In this document: positions 25,231 to 40,140 of the stretch, piece after piece | Position numbering within the stretch: position 1 is the stretch's first letter | Layout of the letters: each line of letters starts with the position of its first letter | From: the human T2T-CHM13v2.0 reference genome, Homo sapiens | Direction: 5' to 3' (one strand) | Assembly (NCBI RefSeq): GCF_009914755.1 | Contig: NC_060933.1 | Length of the DNA stretch: 64,000 nucleotides | Notes under the pieces: model-generated | What the model was told of the DNA's origin: nothing | Seen by the model: only the letters and a program-made list of their open reading frames with translations | The model's database searches: none | Translations under genes and position numbers: made by a program

Positions 25231-28200
25231 GTAGGTTTTTATCTTTTTGTCCTGTATGCTTATTTTAGGGACATTTGGAGAGGGAGCCCATGGTTATCCT
25301 ACGACTTTTTAACTGGAAGTCTGTCTTAACACTCTAATATTTTGAGAGCCCCCCTTCACACCTGCCAACCTTGACGCCACAGAAGGGAGAGGCTGTGGAT
25401 TCCTTTCTTGGCTAGAGTTGTCTTGCTTCTCTCGGAGGAGGTCATCTTACCCTTTCCCATCTCTCACTGTGCAGGGGGTGGCTGCTGCCTTTGCCCCTGG
25501 AGCCCATCTTCCCAGACACCTGAAGACCCCCTGCTTGACAGCAGACCCTGCTGGAGGCGAGCCCTGCCTTCTTCTCACCCGATGGTATGAATGTGAGGAG
25601 GGACTTCCTGAATGCCCTTACCGTGGCCCGGAGACAAGACTGGGGTCAATTACTCACATACTTAAACAAACAGGTCATTTCAAAGGCTCTTTGATTTGTG
25701 GTCTCATTTCTTTCTATACAGCCCAGCAAACCAATGTTGCTGGTCCCCCTCCCCAAATCCCTGCAACCTGCCTGGGTTCTACAGCTGCAGCAGGTGGGCA
25801 GCATCGCATCTCAGCACAGCAGCAGTCTCTTTGCTTGAGAGCTTTTCTGGTCCCCGGGGACGTCCCATGCAGGCTGGTGTGACAGGGAAGTGCAGGGCAG
25901 TTGGCTACCCTGGGCAGGCTGCTTGTCACCCACAGGGACAATTCAGTGGAGTTCTCCATGCAGGTCCTCAGAGCATCTGTGGTGGGACTGAGGCCAATCA
26001 CCCACAGTCACCTGCCCATGAATGCATCCTGGAAGCCATTCACCTCTCCCTGGCTCAGCCCCCTAATCCCTCACTTGTGCTTCTTGGACCCACCTTCCAA
26101 AAAGCTACCTGCATCAGGGCCTGCTTTTGGAGGATTGCAGACTAAGACACCTGTTTCATTCCAGGAAGGATTTAAGGAAGTTCACAAAATATGTGTAACA
26201 CATAATTTGTCATGAGGCAATACGGAGAAAACCATGGACTTGTGTTTTGATATCCTTCTCTCAAATTACAGCTACATACGGCCAACACTTCTCCAGATCC
26301 GCAAAAAATGTGTGAATGCATGTGTGTGATAGTGAAGAATTTTTTTTAAAAGTCAGCTGAAAAGCTCTTTCAGTAGTGAAGATGGGGACAGAAGGCTCAG
26401 TTGGCCCTGTTTGATGTGTGTGTTTCCAGCGTGTCTGGAGATGGAGAGAGAAACGGGCACAAATCCATCCTAAGTGAAGAGACAATTCTATTGTTGCTGT
26501 AAGCCTTGAGGGCCCCAAGAGCTAGACAGTGCTGGCCTGTGCTCTGCGATGTGTGTGACAGCCACTGTCCCTGCTCTGAAAGCAGAGCTGATGGGGGCTG
26601 TGAGTCAGGTGACAGGCTGGCTGCACTGCTCAGACCTCAACCTGCCCCAGCCTCCCAGGGCACCTGCTAAGGCCAAGCCATTAATACTTGTGCTTGTTAA
26701 AACGGGGACCAGACAGGATGCAGGTGTACAGGGCGTGACAGGCTCCCACTATTGCTGGCCGCCCATCTCAGGCAGCACTTGCTCCTGTTCATGCACTGGA
26801 AAACACACTGTGCCTGGAAATCCCTCTGCATGCCTCAGCCAGCCGAAGAGGCGTTGGAGCCCTCAGGCCTTGCTATAAAAATCCCCGTGGAGGCGGCACG
26901 TCTGCCTGCCTTCCTGTCCTCAGCAACCAAAATGGCACAACACAGAGGATGATCACGCAGTGTGGACAAGTCTGTTTCTCCCCTGACAGATTTCCCTGTG
27001 TCAGGACAGATGCCAACATGCGGCCAATACACTTTTAGGTCAGGTACCTTGGAATGAAAATACAGCTGCCAGATCCTCTGGAGAAGGGGTGGGGGCAGGG
27101 CCACCTGGGATGGCGAGCCACACGGGACGGTCCTGAGAGAGGCCGGGAGTGCTGATGGTCGTCAGGGAGCAGCAACTCCCAGAGTGGAGCTGTCACGCCC
27201 CCTGGTCCTCCCATGGTGAGGAGATTGTTCAGTCGAGGAATAAAAACCTATGCATGTATGCACACACAGAGACTCCATACCAACTGCAGCAGCTGCTCCC
27301 CATAGAAATGGGTTGGCAGTGAGCCGGAAGGGCCAATGTTCACTTTTCCTGTGGGCACGCTTCTGCATTATTTGAAAGCTTTCTCCATAAAGAACATAGA
27401 GCTTCTGCCTCTGATAGTGGTGGATGCAGTAATTTAGATCAACTGTCCTACAGAGGAGAACTAGAAAAGCTCACACAATATAAAATACGGTGTGCTGCTC
27501 CAGGGCATCAGAAAGTGATCAGGTTGGTGAAAAATCACCCAGCCAAGGTCTGGAAGAAGGTTGGAACCCAGGAAGCTCATCTAGCCCTTGGATCTGCTTT
27601 TCCACCGTGGCCTTGAATCCTGGAGTCAGCAGTAACCAGACCTGGTCGAAGGCTGGTGGGTGCAGAAAAAGAACTCCAAAAGTTCACTAAGTCAAGGGTC
27701 CGCTCCACGCCTGCAACCCAGCTCTCTGTCGCCTGCGCGGCCCGGACCATCGCAGTCCCTGAAACTGAACCAAGGCCAGCACAGAGGCACAGACAAGTCC
27801 TCTCTTCAGGAAAGTGTTATTATCTTCGGCCTCTGAGCGTGTCTACAAGCAGGTTTTCAAGTAATACCCAGGGCACAGTTAAAGACACACAGGCACAGCA
27901 GGCAGGACTGAGGGGGAGATTCTTGGAGGACAGGATGGGAGGGAGCTGCAGAGGAGACAGCAGGCGGCCTGCCCATGGACTCAACTGATATCACCAAGAG
28001 AATATGCTCTTGGCTGGGCCATGGCACATGGGGACATTGAGGGCAGTCAGCCACCTGGAGCTCCTCAGGGACTGAGAGCTTCTTTCCCCACTTCTGGCCA
28101 ATCACATGCCCTTTGATCTCACCGAAGAGAGCATGAACAACGGAACTGCTACAGCCTATGAACATTTGAAGAAATTTTCAAGATGGAGAAAGCTCAGGGT

Positions 28201-28704
28201 TGCTGCTGAAGGCAATACCTGTGTTCCAAAAAACCCTTGGGAGAGCGAGTTGATGAGTCGGAGAGGGTGGCCCCTTGGCATGTGAGTGTAGAGTAACACT
28301 TCCTGCTGAAAGCACGGAGCATTCTCATGGAGCCTGTGAGGGCAGGCATTCGACAGGGTCTGCCAACCTCCTAAGCCAGCCAGGCTCCCAGCACACCTGG
28401 ACACATTAGCATATTAACCAAGGAGGGAAAAGAGACAGGGCTGGGCTGCTCCTCACCAGTGCAGAAGGGATTGCCACAGCTGCAGGGACAGAGCCCAGCC
28501 TGCCCCCAGCCCTGCCCCCTTCCTACCTGCCTCCCTCTCCAGATCACACAGCTGGAGACACCTGCGCTCTGGTCATAGCTTTAGTGCACTTAGGAAGCAT
28601 GCATGTGAGTCTGTGTCTTGGAGAACACATCCAAAGTACCTTTTAAAGGTGATTGTACAGGTTATGTCCTGTCCCAGTGACATGCAGTCGTGAGAGCGTC
28701 CTCA

Positions 28705-28797
28705 ACTGTTTTGTTCACTGATATACTCTAAATCCCTTGAACTCTACCTGGCTCATAGTGAGAGGTTGAATAAATGAATGAATCAATGAATAAATAC
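28705..28797 (+). mobile_element. L2 3' terminus
   Basis: tgttttgttcactg...cctggc.catag...(tgaa)n tail. Confidence 0.75.
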
Positions 28798-29034
28798 ATC
28801 TGCACTATCAGCCTAGATTTTGTTTTGTTTTGTTTTGTCTTTACCTCTGATTCAATGTTACTCCAACAGTGTAGCCTTTTGGGGTTCCAGTCCAAAGCAC
28901 ATATTTACTAACTTACATTTATGTGTATTAAAACATATTATTAATTTATATTTACTAATTAAACTCTATTATCTCTTCATGTGGGTGTTTTTCTGCCATC
29001 ACAGACCCCCAATATTTAAAACATTAAGATTTGA

Positions 29035-29730
29035 TTTGGAGACTTTCTGACAATGCTACACTAAGTAATTCAACCCAGTTCTTCTGCTGAAGGCAAATAG
29101 GAAAGCTGGAAAAGGTATGTTTTAAAGTTTGCTTGAAAGCATCAGAAAGCTAGCCAGGATGTGAAGAATTCCACGACTGAGATGCAAGAGAAGACAGAAG
29201 TTCAGAGACATGAGCCTGGAACTTGGGTCACTTTTGCTATGGAGATGGCTGAGTGTTCCAGCAATGCATTTGACATCCTGGAAGAATGTGGGGGGAGTTT
29301 GGAGTGCCAGAGCCTGGGGGTACCCATGGTGATCTCCTGTGCTTTGGACTGGAACCCTAAAAGGCCACACTGTTGGAGTAACATTGAATCAGAGGTAAAG
29401 ACAAAACAAAACAAAACAAAACAAAAACAAAGCCCACTTTAAATAGACTGTGGCCTGGTGTTGAAACATCTGGGGGCTCAGAAACTCTCAAGTTTTGAAA
29501 AAAAAAGTTAGGTAATTCCAGGTTGCTTCTTGGCCAGGAGACTTACAGAAGTCATGAAAATTTTTTAGGCCTCAAAGTATTTCTAGAAATAACTTCAAAT
29601 ACAATGTCTGGAATAGAAATTAGTCAAACACAGGAGGAGACAAGGTAACATTAATAAGAACAAGCAGAAACAACCCAATATAGAAATAGACCTACAGGGG
29701 ATACAAACATTAGAATTAGAATATGCATCC
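29035..29730 (+). mobile_element. Old L1ME 5'UTR/ORF1 fragment (related piece at about 27400-27540)
   Basis: tagaaaagct..gcatcagaaag in both; atagaaatagacctacagg..attagaatta. Confidence 0.5.
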
Positions 29731-29957
29731 TTACCTTCAACCAAAGGCTTTGCATGCCTGTACATGGCATCCTGGAAAGACAGTCCACATAAAGTGATGG
29801 TGTGCCACATCACATAAAGTATAAGATGTGAATATAGTATCATTCCATCTACCTTAACCCTGCTGTCTCTTGTGCTATTGCAATCACTTATTTTGCTGTT
29901 GCAAACTTCTGTAGAGCGTTTATTTTATTTTTCTTTTTTCATTTTCCTCTTCTGCTT

Positions 29958-30260
<303 letters not shown>

Positions 30261-30290
30261 TCTCCTTTCTTTCTGTCTTTTTAAACCTGT

Positions 30291-30314
30291 CTTTTCTTTC
30301 TTTCTCTCTTTCTC

Positions 30315-30370
<56 letters not shown>

Positions 30371-30437
30371 TCCTTCTTTCCTTCTTTCTTTCTTTCTTTC
30401 TTTTTTTTCTATCTCTTTCTTTCTTTCTTTCTTTTTC
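30291..30437. repeat. (TTTC)n microsatellite
   Basis: Directly visible. Confidence 0.95.
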
Positions 30438-30899
30438 TTGCCTTCTTTACTCCTCCTCTCTTCCGAATATGTCAGTCTACTCTTCTTTATTTCCTAGAAA
30501 ACATAGTCAGTCATGTCACCACAGCCATTGCCGTCTCAAGATTTTATTGGCCAGACAAGTTCCCAAGCGTTTCCATGAAATATCAGCTTTCAGATTATTT
30601 ATCCCCAGAGAGATGGTTGCTTACTTATTTTAACTCTTCTTCAGTATATTTTCTGTCTGATTTTCTAAATCATGTTTTGATATTCCTAAATATGATTTTG
30701 CCATCCGTATTCATGGAGCACCTCCTTCTTGGGTATCACTTCAGTTAAAATCAATGGGGAGTTTCCCTTCCCATGTTTGTATCCTTGTTAAAAAGTATAT
30801 TTTAAATAGATCATAATCACTTTATAATTTATAATTACAATCATCTTATAATTTGCACATGCCTTCCTTTGCTTTGACTTGACAAGTACATTACGAATA

Positions 30900-31145
30900 A
30901 TATTATGAATAATGAAGCCATGAACATTCATGTACAAATATTTGTGTGGATGAATGTTTTTATTTTTTTGGGATAGATTCCCAGGAGTGAAATTTCTGGC
31001 TCATACAGTAAGTTTATATTTAACTTTTCAGAGAAACTACCAAACTGTTTTCCAAAGTGACTGCACCAATTTGCATTCTCATCAGCAATGTGCGATGTTT
31101 CTAGTTGCCCCATATCCTCACCAACACTTGTTATTGTATATCTTT
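30900..31145 (-). mobile_element. L1M ORF2 3' fragment
   Basis: Minus-strand ORF 30928..31113 resembles the L1 ORF2 C-terminus (..LLGIYPK..). Confidence 0.85.
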
Positions 31146-31286
31146 TTAAAAAAGTTACATATGTTTCTTTTTTATATTTTAAATTGTTACAGATGCCAGT
31201 CTTTTTCAGGGTTACACTTTAAAAGGAACTATGATGTCAGTTTCTTCTATAGCAAGGGAAATCTAAACAATGATTTCCCTATGTAA

Positions 31287-31588
<302 letters not shown>

Positions 31589-32574
31589 CGTAATGCATTG
31601 TTATCTCAGGTTCTAGTAACTTTCATGAATGCTTATTTCCCTTAAAATATAAAGGAAAATTAAATATTTATTTTCCATCCTCTACCCAATGCTTGGAAAA
31701 TAATTTGAACTCAGAGCCAAGTAAACGTTGGCTTTGTTCTTTGAGCCTTGTGGTTGTGTGTGCCACTGGGCTTTTGGAGATGATGAAAGTATCATGGAAC
31801 CATCAGCCAAGTCCTTGCAATCCCTTGCTCTTGAAGCTCACCAAGTCATTTTGCACATAGGGGCTGAGCAAGGCTGTTCTCTGTGTTAATTTTTCAGGGG
31901 GTTCTTCACTGAGTAGTTTGCTCTGGGACCTTTATTCCCAGCTTTAGAGCTACTTTCAGGGACATCTGACTGCCCCAAACAGTAAACAACTGGACCAGTT
32001 CCTAGAAGGCTGGTCTCCATGCAGAGACGTGGGTGTCCACTGGTTCACCAACCTGGCTATTCCCAGCTCCCACGGGCTCTTCTGCTTCTGCTCAGCACCC
32101 TTTGGCCTGCTTGGTCATAGTGTCCTTGAAAACACTGAATTTTTCCACTGTGCAGAATGGAATTTTTCATTTTGTGTTGTTCCTCTTCACTGACTATTTT
32201 GCCACCTGACTGGAAGAATTAGACATGAAGGAAAAGAACTCCCCTCGTCAGATGACTTTCCCTGTCACTGTGTCTTGCTGAGCTGTATCTCCAGGACACA
32301 TGGGTGTCTCATCGCGGTCTGCACGGCGCAGGGTGGAGCAGTCATGAATAGGCATGTTTGACTTTATGAGCTGATGCTTATTTCAGCAAAGTCGTTGCAG
32401 AGACCAGGCAGACAGACATAAATGAGGCAAGAGGCTTTTAAATGCAGGTGCTGAATCTGAGTTGCTGCATGAGCACCTTTCCCGAGTGTAATAGGGTGGC
32501 CTGAAGAAACAGCACATTCTCCTCCATGAGCTCCTGCAGAGCCTTTTCTTTTTAAAAAAAAAATACAGCTCACA

Positions 32575-32884
32575 GGCCAGGTGCAGTGGCTCACGCCTAT
32601 AATCCCTGCACCTTGGGAAGCTGAGGCGGGCGGATCACTTGAGGCCAGGAGTTTGAGACCAGCCTGGCCAAGATGGCAAAACCTTGTCTCTACTAAAAGC
32701 AGAAAAATTAGCTGGGTGTGGGGTGGTGCATGCCTGTAGTCCCAGCTACTCAGGAGGCTGAGGCAGGAGACTCACTTGAACCTAGGAGGTGGAGGCTGCG
32801 GTGAGCCGAGATCATGCCATTGCCCTCCAGCCTGGGTGACAGAGTGAAACCCTGTCTCCTCACAAAAAATAATGAATAAAAAAA
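32575..32884 (+). mobile_element. AluS (Sz-like)
   Basis: gatcacttgaggccagg; TSD acagctcaca. Confidence 0.93.
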
Positions 32885-35072
32885 TACACAGCTCACATAT
32901 CATTACCATCCATTTCAAAAAACCAATCCACTTAAACTGTCCAAGTGGATTTCTAAAATAATTAAATATTTATGTAGGTATTTTTACTTCTTTCTGTTGT
33001 GAAATATGCTACCTATTCAGAAAAGCTCAGAAAACATATGAGTTATGGCTTAGTTAATTGTTATAAACCAAACCTTCATATAAACACCACTCAGTTCAGG
33101 AAATTGCATGTGGCCAGCCTCGAGAGCTCTCCTGCTCTCTGGTGCCCCCTGCCTGTCGAGCTCCTCATCCCCCTCCAGCTGCTCAGCTGGGAACGGTCAT
33201 CCCCTCCCACTTCCCTTATTACCCTACCCTCTCAGCACCATCTCTAAACACTACTATTTAGTTTTGCCCATTTTGCTGTCTTCATAGTCTCTTTCGATAC
33301 ATACAACTTTTCATTTCAATGTAGTATTTATGAGAAATATTTATTTCTCAGTATTTTCTTTGATGGTTAGAATTTTTTACATCCAGATTAAGAAGTCTTT
33401 GCCGAGTCTCAAAGACATTCTACATTACTTTCTAAAAGTAACCCAAAGCTCTAGGGTTTTGCCTTTTACAAATAGATTCTCAGTGTACCTGGAATTGTGG
33501 GAGGCAGTGGCCAAGGGTCATATCTGATCTCAGTGTTTCCACAGGACTCCTTGGAAAGACCCCACCACTTTGTGGGACCACCTTCCTCGGAAATCAACTA
33601 TCATATTTTTGTGATATCATTCTGGGTGTTCTAGTCTGTTCCATTGGCTGATTTTCTTTTTTATCCTTGAGCCAATATCACATTGGATTAATTCTTGAGC
33701 GTATATCATAAATTGATGTCCACTAGAACAAGTCCTCCAACCTTGTTGAATGTCCTGGCTCTTCCATTTTCATGTATTTTAGAATCAGCTTGTCAAGTTT
33801 CACACACACACATGACACACACACACACATAATGGAAATTTAACTGGAATCACACCGAATTTATGAATGAACTTCTAGAGAATTGACATGTTTATAACAT
33901 TGAAGTTTTTCATCCGTAGACATGGTATAGCTCTTCATTTATTTAGGTCTTTTGAAAATTTCTTAATGTTGTTTTATGTTTTGCTGTATAGACTCTTGCA
34001 CATCTTTCATCAAGTTTATTCCCAAGCATTTGATATTTTTGGTATAATCATAAATGATATATTTTAAAATAATTCTCTCTTTGTTGCTAGTATGAAGATG
34101 TATAACTGATTTCTGAATTTTGATGTTTATCTGGGAAACTTGCTACACGTACTTTCAAATTCTAACAATTTTCCCATCGACCCTCTTGGATTTTCATCCT
34201 AGGCAATCGTACTACTCACGTTACTGATTGTTTCATTTCTTCTTTTCCAATCCTTGCACCCTTTATTCCTTTTCTTGCCATTCTCTGGCTATGGGCTTCT
34301 GCACAGTGCTGATCACCAGTGCCAAGAGTGGCATCCGTCTTCCTCCCAATCCCAGAAGAAAGGATTTCAACATTTTACCATTAAATACACATTTATGATT
34401 ACCCTTTATCAGTTAAAGGAACTGTCCTACTTCCACTTTTCTACGATTTCTAAAAAAAAAAAAAAACATGATGCAAACTGAAGAGAATCACAAGGTTCAT
34501 CAATTTGGAAAGGAGAGCTTTATTTCTCATAAAGGGTTGCAGCCCGTAGATCGGCCATCCTGCAGGCTGGGAAGCACAGCCTTCACACCGAGAGCAAGTG
34601 CTTGGAGGGAGGGAAGAGTAAGTCAGGAATTCATGCTGAACCGGCTGGCTAAGTATGCATATTCAGCACGCTATGGGAGGAGTCACGAATATTCATGAAA
34701 GGTAAAAATACACAGTTGAGCTTCACACCTCTTCACTGGTCACATATTTAAAATGGGCAGTGTTAGCACCATCCAAGGATGGAGTTTTAGGTTCTCTGAT
34801 GTCTAAAGGTGAAATGGAGAACAAAAAAACTCTCACTGAGAGTTCTCCGTAAATTGACCCAAATTAGTCAAGAGATGGTGGTCAGTTTTCAGAAAGGGAT
34901 GTTTGTCAGCTGTGTCGAACGCACAAAAGCAAGAGATCATTTGATTGAGGCCTGAGGTGATTGGCTAATGATTGTCTGTTTCTTGTTTTCCAGAGCTGGT
35001 TTCTGCTTATTCCTTAGGAAATAATTCTGGTTAAAGATTAATAAGGAAGGGGGCATACTCAGGTGGGTCTGA

Positions 35073-35399
<327 letters not shown>

Positions 35400-35405
35400 C
35401 TCAGC

Positions 35406-35409
<4 letters not shown>

Positions 35410-35449
<40 letters not shown>

Positions 35450-35560
35450 CATTCCCCCCACCCCCCACCCCACGCACACACAGGAAATTTGACTGGAATC
35501 ACATTGAATTTACAGATCAACTTCTAGATAATTGACATCTTTATAACACTGAAGTTTTTA
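35410..35560 (+). repeat. (CA)n + C-rich tract + 77-bp copy of local L1 sequence 33834-33910
   Basis: About 10 mismatches in 77 bp to 33834-33910, which is also preceded by (CA)n. Confidence 0.85.
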
Positions 35561-36127
35561 ACCCTGGGGTCCCCTTGGCCAAGAAAGGGTCCATTCACTC
35601 AGTTGTGGGGCTTAGGATTTTATTTTTATTTCTCAATGAATAGCTGGAACTTTATCAAATACTTTTCTGCCTTTATTAAAATGATTTTATATAATTAAAA
35701 ATTATTTATCTGTTTAATATGGCAATATACTTTGATTTTTCAATATTCAACCAACTTTGCATTCTTGGAATAAGTTCAATTTAGTTATGATCTGTTATCC
35801 CTGTTTTATAAATTGCTGGATTCAGGTTGCTAATATGTTATTGGGGATTTTATGCCTTTGTTTGTAAGAGAGATCAGCCTGCAATTTTCCTTTCTCTTCA
35901 CATTCTTGTTGGGTTCAGGGATTACAATCATGCAGGCCATATGAATTGAGTGGGAACTGTTTCCTCTATTACCACTTTCTGGAAGAATTTATCTCTTAAG
36001 GAGTAATCTTTGTGGGAGGGTTTTGAATTATATATTTCATTTCTTTATCAGGTAAAGGGCTATTCATGTATTCTATTTGTGTGTGTGGGTCAGTTTTGGT
36101 AGATTTTGTTTCTCCTAGGACTGTGTC

Positions 36128-36429
36128 TTTTTTTTTTTTTTTTTGAGACAGAATCTTGCTCTGTCACCCAGGCTGGAGTGCAGTGGCGTGATCGCCACTC
36201 ACTGCAACTTTTGCCTTTGGGGTTCAAGCAATTCTCTGCCTCAGCCTCCTGAGTAGCTGGGATTACAGGCACTTGCCACCATGCCCAGCTAATTTCTTTT
36301 TTTTGTATTTTTAGAAGAGATAGGGTTTCACCGTGTTGACCAGGCTGGTCTTGAACTCCTGACCTTGTGATCCACCCTCCTCAGCCTCCCAAAGTGCTGG
36401 GATTACAGGCATGAGCCACTGTGCCCAGC
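36128..36429 (-). mobile_element. AluS (Sg-like)
   Basis: Reverse dimer; TSD agga(c/t)tgtgtctttt. Confidence 0.93.
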
Positions 36430-38067
36430 AGGATTGTGTCTTTTATCTCTGACTTCAAATTCAGGGGAATAAAGCTGTTTGAAAGATCTTTTTATCAACT
36501 TCTCACTGGTTGTGGGCCGGAGAACGCTCTGCCAGGCGGTCTTCTCCGTGGACAGTTCACTGCACAGCTTGTTCTGCAAGGCCACCTGGAGGAGCTTCCT
36601 GATGATGTGAGCCGGAGGGAGCCTTCTACATCCCGCTCCTAATCTCAGAGGGACAGCCCGTCCCCTCTGCATTGCTTTATCAGTTACAAGTGAGCCTCAG
36701 GTCCTGCTGACATGGAAGGGAAGGGAATGACACAAGGTGTGGGCCACTGGGGGTCACTGCCATGAGTCCAGGGAACAGTCAGGACCCTGCCACCTCAGGA
36801 CTTTGTGTCACTGCAACGGGATGTATGTAACCTGTGCAATCTTTTAGGAAATGTATTCTGGAAATGTATTCCCCCCGGGTGCTCTTCGATGTGCACTAAA
36901 GCCATGGCCTTAGTGCAGATGTTCTCAGCTGGGGTGATCTGGAAAGGGGGCAGGTAGAGTGGGCAGGGGGTGGGATCAGGCCAGGGTCTGTCCCCTGCTG
37001 GCTGTGTGAGTTCCTCCCGTAGGGCAAAGGTGACGGGCTGTCCCTCTGAGATGAGGGTGCAGGCTGTAGAAGGATCTCTCTGTCTTGCACCAGAAGGGGC
37101 CCCAGCCCTGTCTCTTCTCTCTCCTAGGTTAATATGCTAATATGCCCAGGTGAGCTGGGAACCTGGATGACTATAGTCAAGGCCTGCTCCCAGATGAGGA
37201 GCGGAAATGTCCTTGTCAGCAGGCATTAACCTGCACGCAGATGCACAGTGATGTGTAGAGCTGTTTTCCTCATTCCCTATTCTGAGGGCTTTTGAAACGC
37301 GTAATTACAGTATTTAATAGTAACTCTTAACTCTTTTTCATCTTGAGGACGCCTTCAAACATTAACAAACTAAAGTGGTTTTCTTTGTTCATCTCTACAG
37401 GTGTGACAGGGCTGCAGCTGCCCCCAGGCCCGCCCCACCACCATCTCCTTCCCTCCCAGGGAGCCCAGGCAGCCTCCATCTCCTTCTTTGCACTGCCCTG
37501 TGCTGTCTTGCAGCCACCCTTTCAGCCCTGTGTCCTTCCTGCAGCCCCTACCCTGCTGTCCACTTCTCCGGAAGCCCTCTTCACCCTAGCCTTGGGACCT
37601 GCTCACTCCTCCTCCAGCCCTGCACTCCTGCTTGGAGCCCTGGGATACCAGAGAGGCAGGGAGCCTTGTTTCCGCTCTGGGGGGTGGTGCGAGTCCAGGT
37701 TTCTTACCTTCTCTGCCACTGTGTGGCAGGTGCTGAGCGAGCATCTTGCCACAGAAGCACCTGAGAATGCTGACCACAGAAATGGGCTGTAATAAGTAGA
37801 GCTTAGCTCTAACACGAATTAGGCAGGTGTGTGCTGGCTGCTCCAGAAACTCACTGGCCCAGAGATTGTTTCAGTGAGAACTTGCATTCTAGGTTCCCAC
37901 CCATCCCTAAAGACAGTCATGGGTCAGTTCCCCATTGAGCAGGCACATGGTGGACCCTCTGCATTGAGGGAATTCACGTGGCCTCTGACTCCCCTACTTG
38001 GCTTCCTTCCCCTAAGATCCTCTGTCCCTGCTTGTCCAAGAGGAATCATAGTTATACAATAATTAGT

Positions 38068-38277
38068 AATAACAAGGACACGTATTGAGCATTGATCTGA
38101 TACCAGAAACTCTTCTATTTTACACTCAATTCTGATAACATCTCTATCAAGTAGACATTGCTATTATCTCCATGTTCTCAGATGGGGGACTGAGGCACAG
38201 GGAAGATAAGTAGTCTGGCCACATCACACAGCTCTGGAGCCAGGACTCACACCCAAAACATCTGAAAATAGAGCCAA
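38068..38277 (-). mobile_element. MIR
   Basis: ctattatctccat..cagatggggg.actgaggcacag core. Confidence 0.85.
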
Positions 38278-38819
38278 GAGCGGGTTGTATTGCGAGCTTT
38301 GGTGGCCCCAGCCTCTGCTCCCTCTTCTGACTTCTCGCACAGGACATTTCTCACCGTTAATCTTGGTGAGTGAGACTGTGGGTGAAATGTCCTGTCACAA
38401 CAGGACATCCTGCTTGGCCAGTTGGACTTTCTGGGAAGTGTGGATTTCCAGTAAGCCATCTGGGGACTTCAGGCCTTTCCTGGAGATTTACCTCCACAGC
38501 AGAAGGGATCCTTCATCAGCAATTGCTTCAGGGACCCCAGCAGCCCTAGCCCCTCCCTTCCCCAGGAGCTTCTCTTGGGGTTTCTGAGCCTGACCCCAAC
38601 CCACTTCTTTCCATCACATCCTTTTCTTCTGGAAGTGGGCCAGAATCCATTTCTGTTGCATGCAACCAGATGCAAGCTGAGCTGTGTCTTCAGAAGAGTG
38701 GAAAGAAGGGGAGAGCAGGGAGAAAGAGCCTCTCCACCCAGAAGCTGCAGGGAGGCGAGGAGGGCAGAGCCCCGCTCAGCCTGAGTCGCTGGTGAGTGGG
38801 CGTCCACTCCGCCTCTGCC

Positions 38820-39490
38820 CAGGAGTCATCCTTGATTCCTCTCTCCAATCCCTCAGTATATCTTGTTCCCTAACTCTGAAATGTGTCCGGACCCCATCTG
38901 TCCCCACATTTCCCTGGGCCACCACCCTCTGTCTCCCCGGACACTGTAGGAGGCCCCACCTGGCCCTTGAGTCCACTCGTGCTCCCCACTCCCAAATCCA
39001 GTCTCTAAAACAGCTCAGGCATTCTTGAAAATGCTCAGGGATTTTTGAAAAACCCAAGTCAAGTCTTACCATTCTCCTGCTGAAACCCTCTGATAGCCTG
39101 CCAAGGTGCTGGAAATGGACTCCAAGGCCATCCGCATCTGCCGGTCTCTCCTTTGGCCTCCTCCCCAGTTCCCTGCCCTCCTACTTCCCGGGACAGGCCC
39201 TGCTAGCCTGAGGGACCTCACCGAGCACTTCCCTGCTCCTTCACGTGGAAACCCCAAGACACCCTGGGTACTGTTCCACCCATAGGAGCTGGTGTGTCCC
39301 GAGGATACTCACTCCCTAACTTTCTGCATTTCAGTGGCTACTCCCTGATATTTCTCTTGTTTGTGTTTATTGTGTGTCAGTTGCACAAGTGGGCACCTTA
39401 TGTCTTTTTCACCTCTGTTCCCCAGACACTAAAGATGTTCCTGACATACCAAGGCCCTCCGTCAAGTCTCAGTGAAGAAACGAAATGAAC
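38820..39490 (+). mobile_element. L2 fragment
   Basis: ggagtcatccttgattcctctct, ctcctgctgaaaccctc and 3' terminal block. Confidence 0.75.
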
Positions 39491-39940
39491 CGTGCATGCC
39501 TGAAAAGTAAAGATACTCACACAGCTATGACAGGTGTTTGTGGTGTGCTCCACAACCTTTCAGGGCTGGAAATTACACATTTCTTCTCTTTTTGAGATCA
39601 AATAAGTTTGGCCCAGCAGCTCTTGGCTTTCCAGGACTACCACAGGCCCCTCTGGGGTTTTCGAAGAACACTGAGGCCTGGCAATTTGAAGAAGGGTCAC
39701 TGGTCCCCACTCCTCCAGGCTGCTGTTGCTGGCGTGTCCTGCCCATGCAGGAGTAGCCCTGGGAAGTGGGTGCCCTTGGGCACGCTACTGATGTTCCCGC
39801 CAAGCCCTCCGGGTGTGCCTCTGTCCCCCTGGGGAGCTGAGTTTGGCTGAGAGCCCCTGATGCCACCTGCCTCTGCCCCTACCCCAGTTCTGGCAGCAGC
39901 TTCCCCCTTCCCTTGGGGCACCTGCTCCTCCTCCCTCCCT

Positions 39941-40140
39941 GACTTGGGTTTGAATCTTGATGAAACAGCTGGCTGACTAGGGACACGTGTGCCTTACCTC
40001 CCTTCACCTCAGCTTCCTCCTCTGTAAGATAAGGACCCTAATGCCATGTGGCAGGTTGTGAGAGGATTAAATAAGGAAATGCACTTCAAGTGTTTAGCTT
40101 AGAGTCTGGGGCCTAAGATGTGGTCAGTTAATGTTAGTTA
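39941..40140 (+). mobile_element. MIR
   Basis: gggtttgaatc, cctcagcttcctc.tctgtaa, gttgtgagaggattaaat. Confidence 0.85.
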
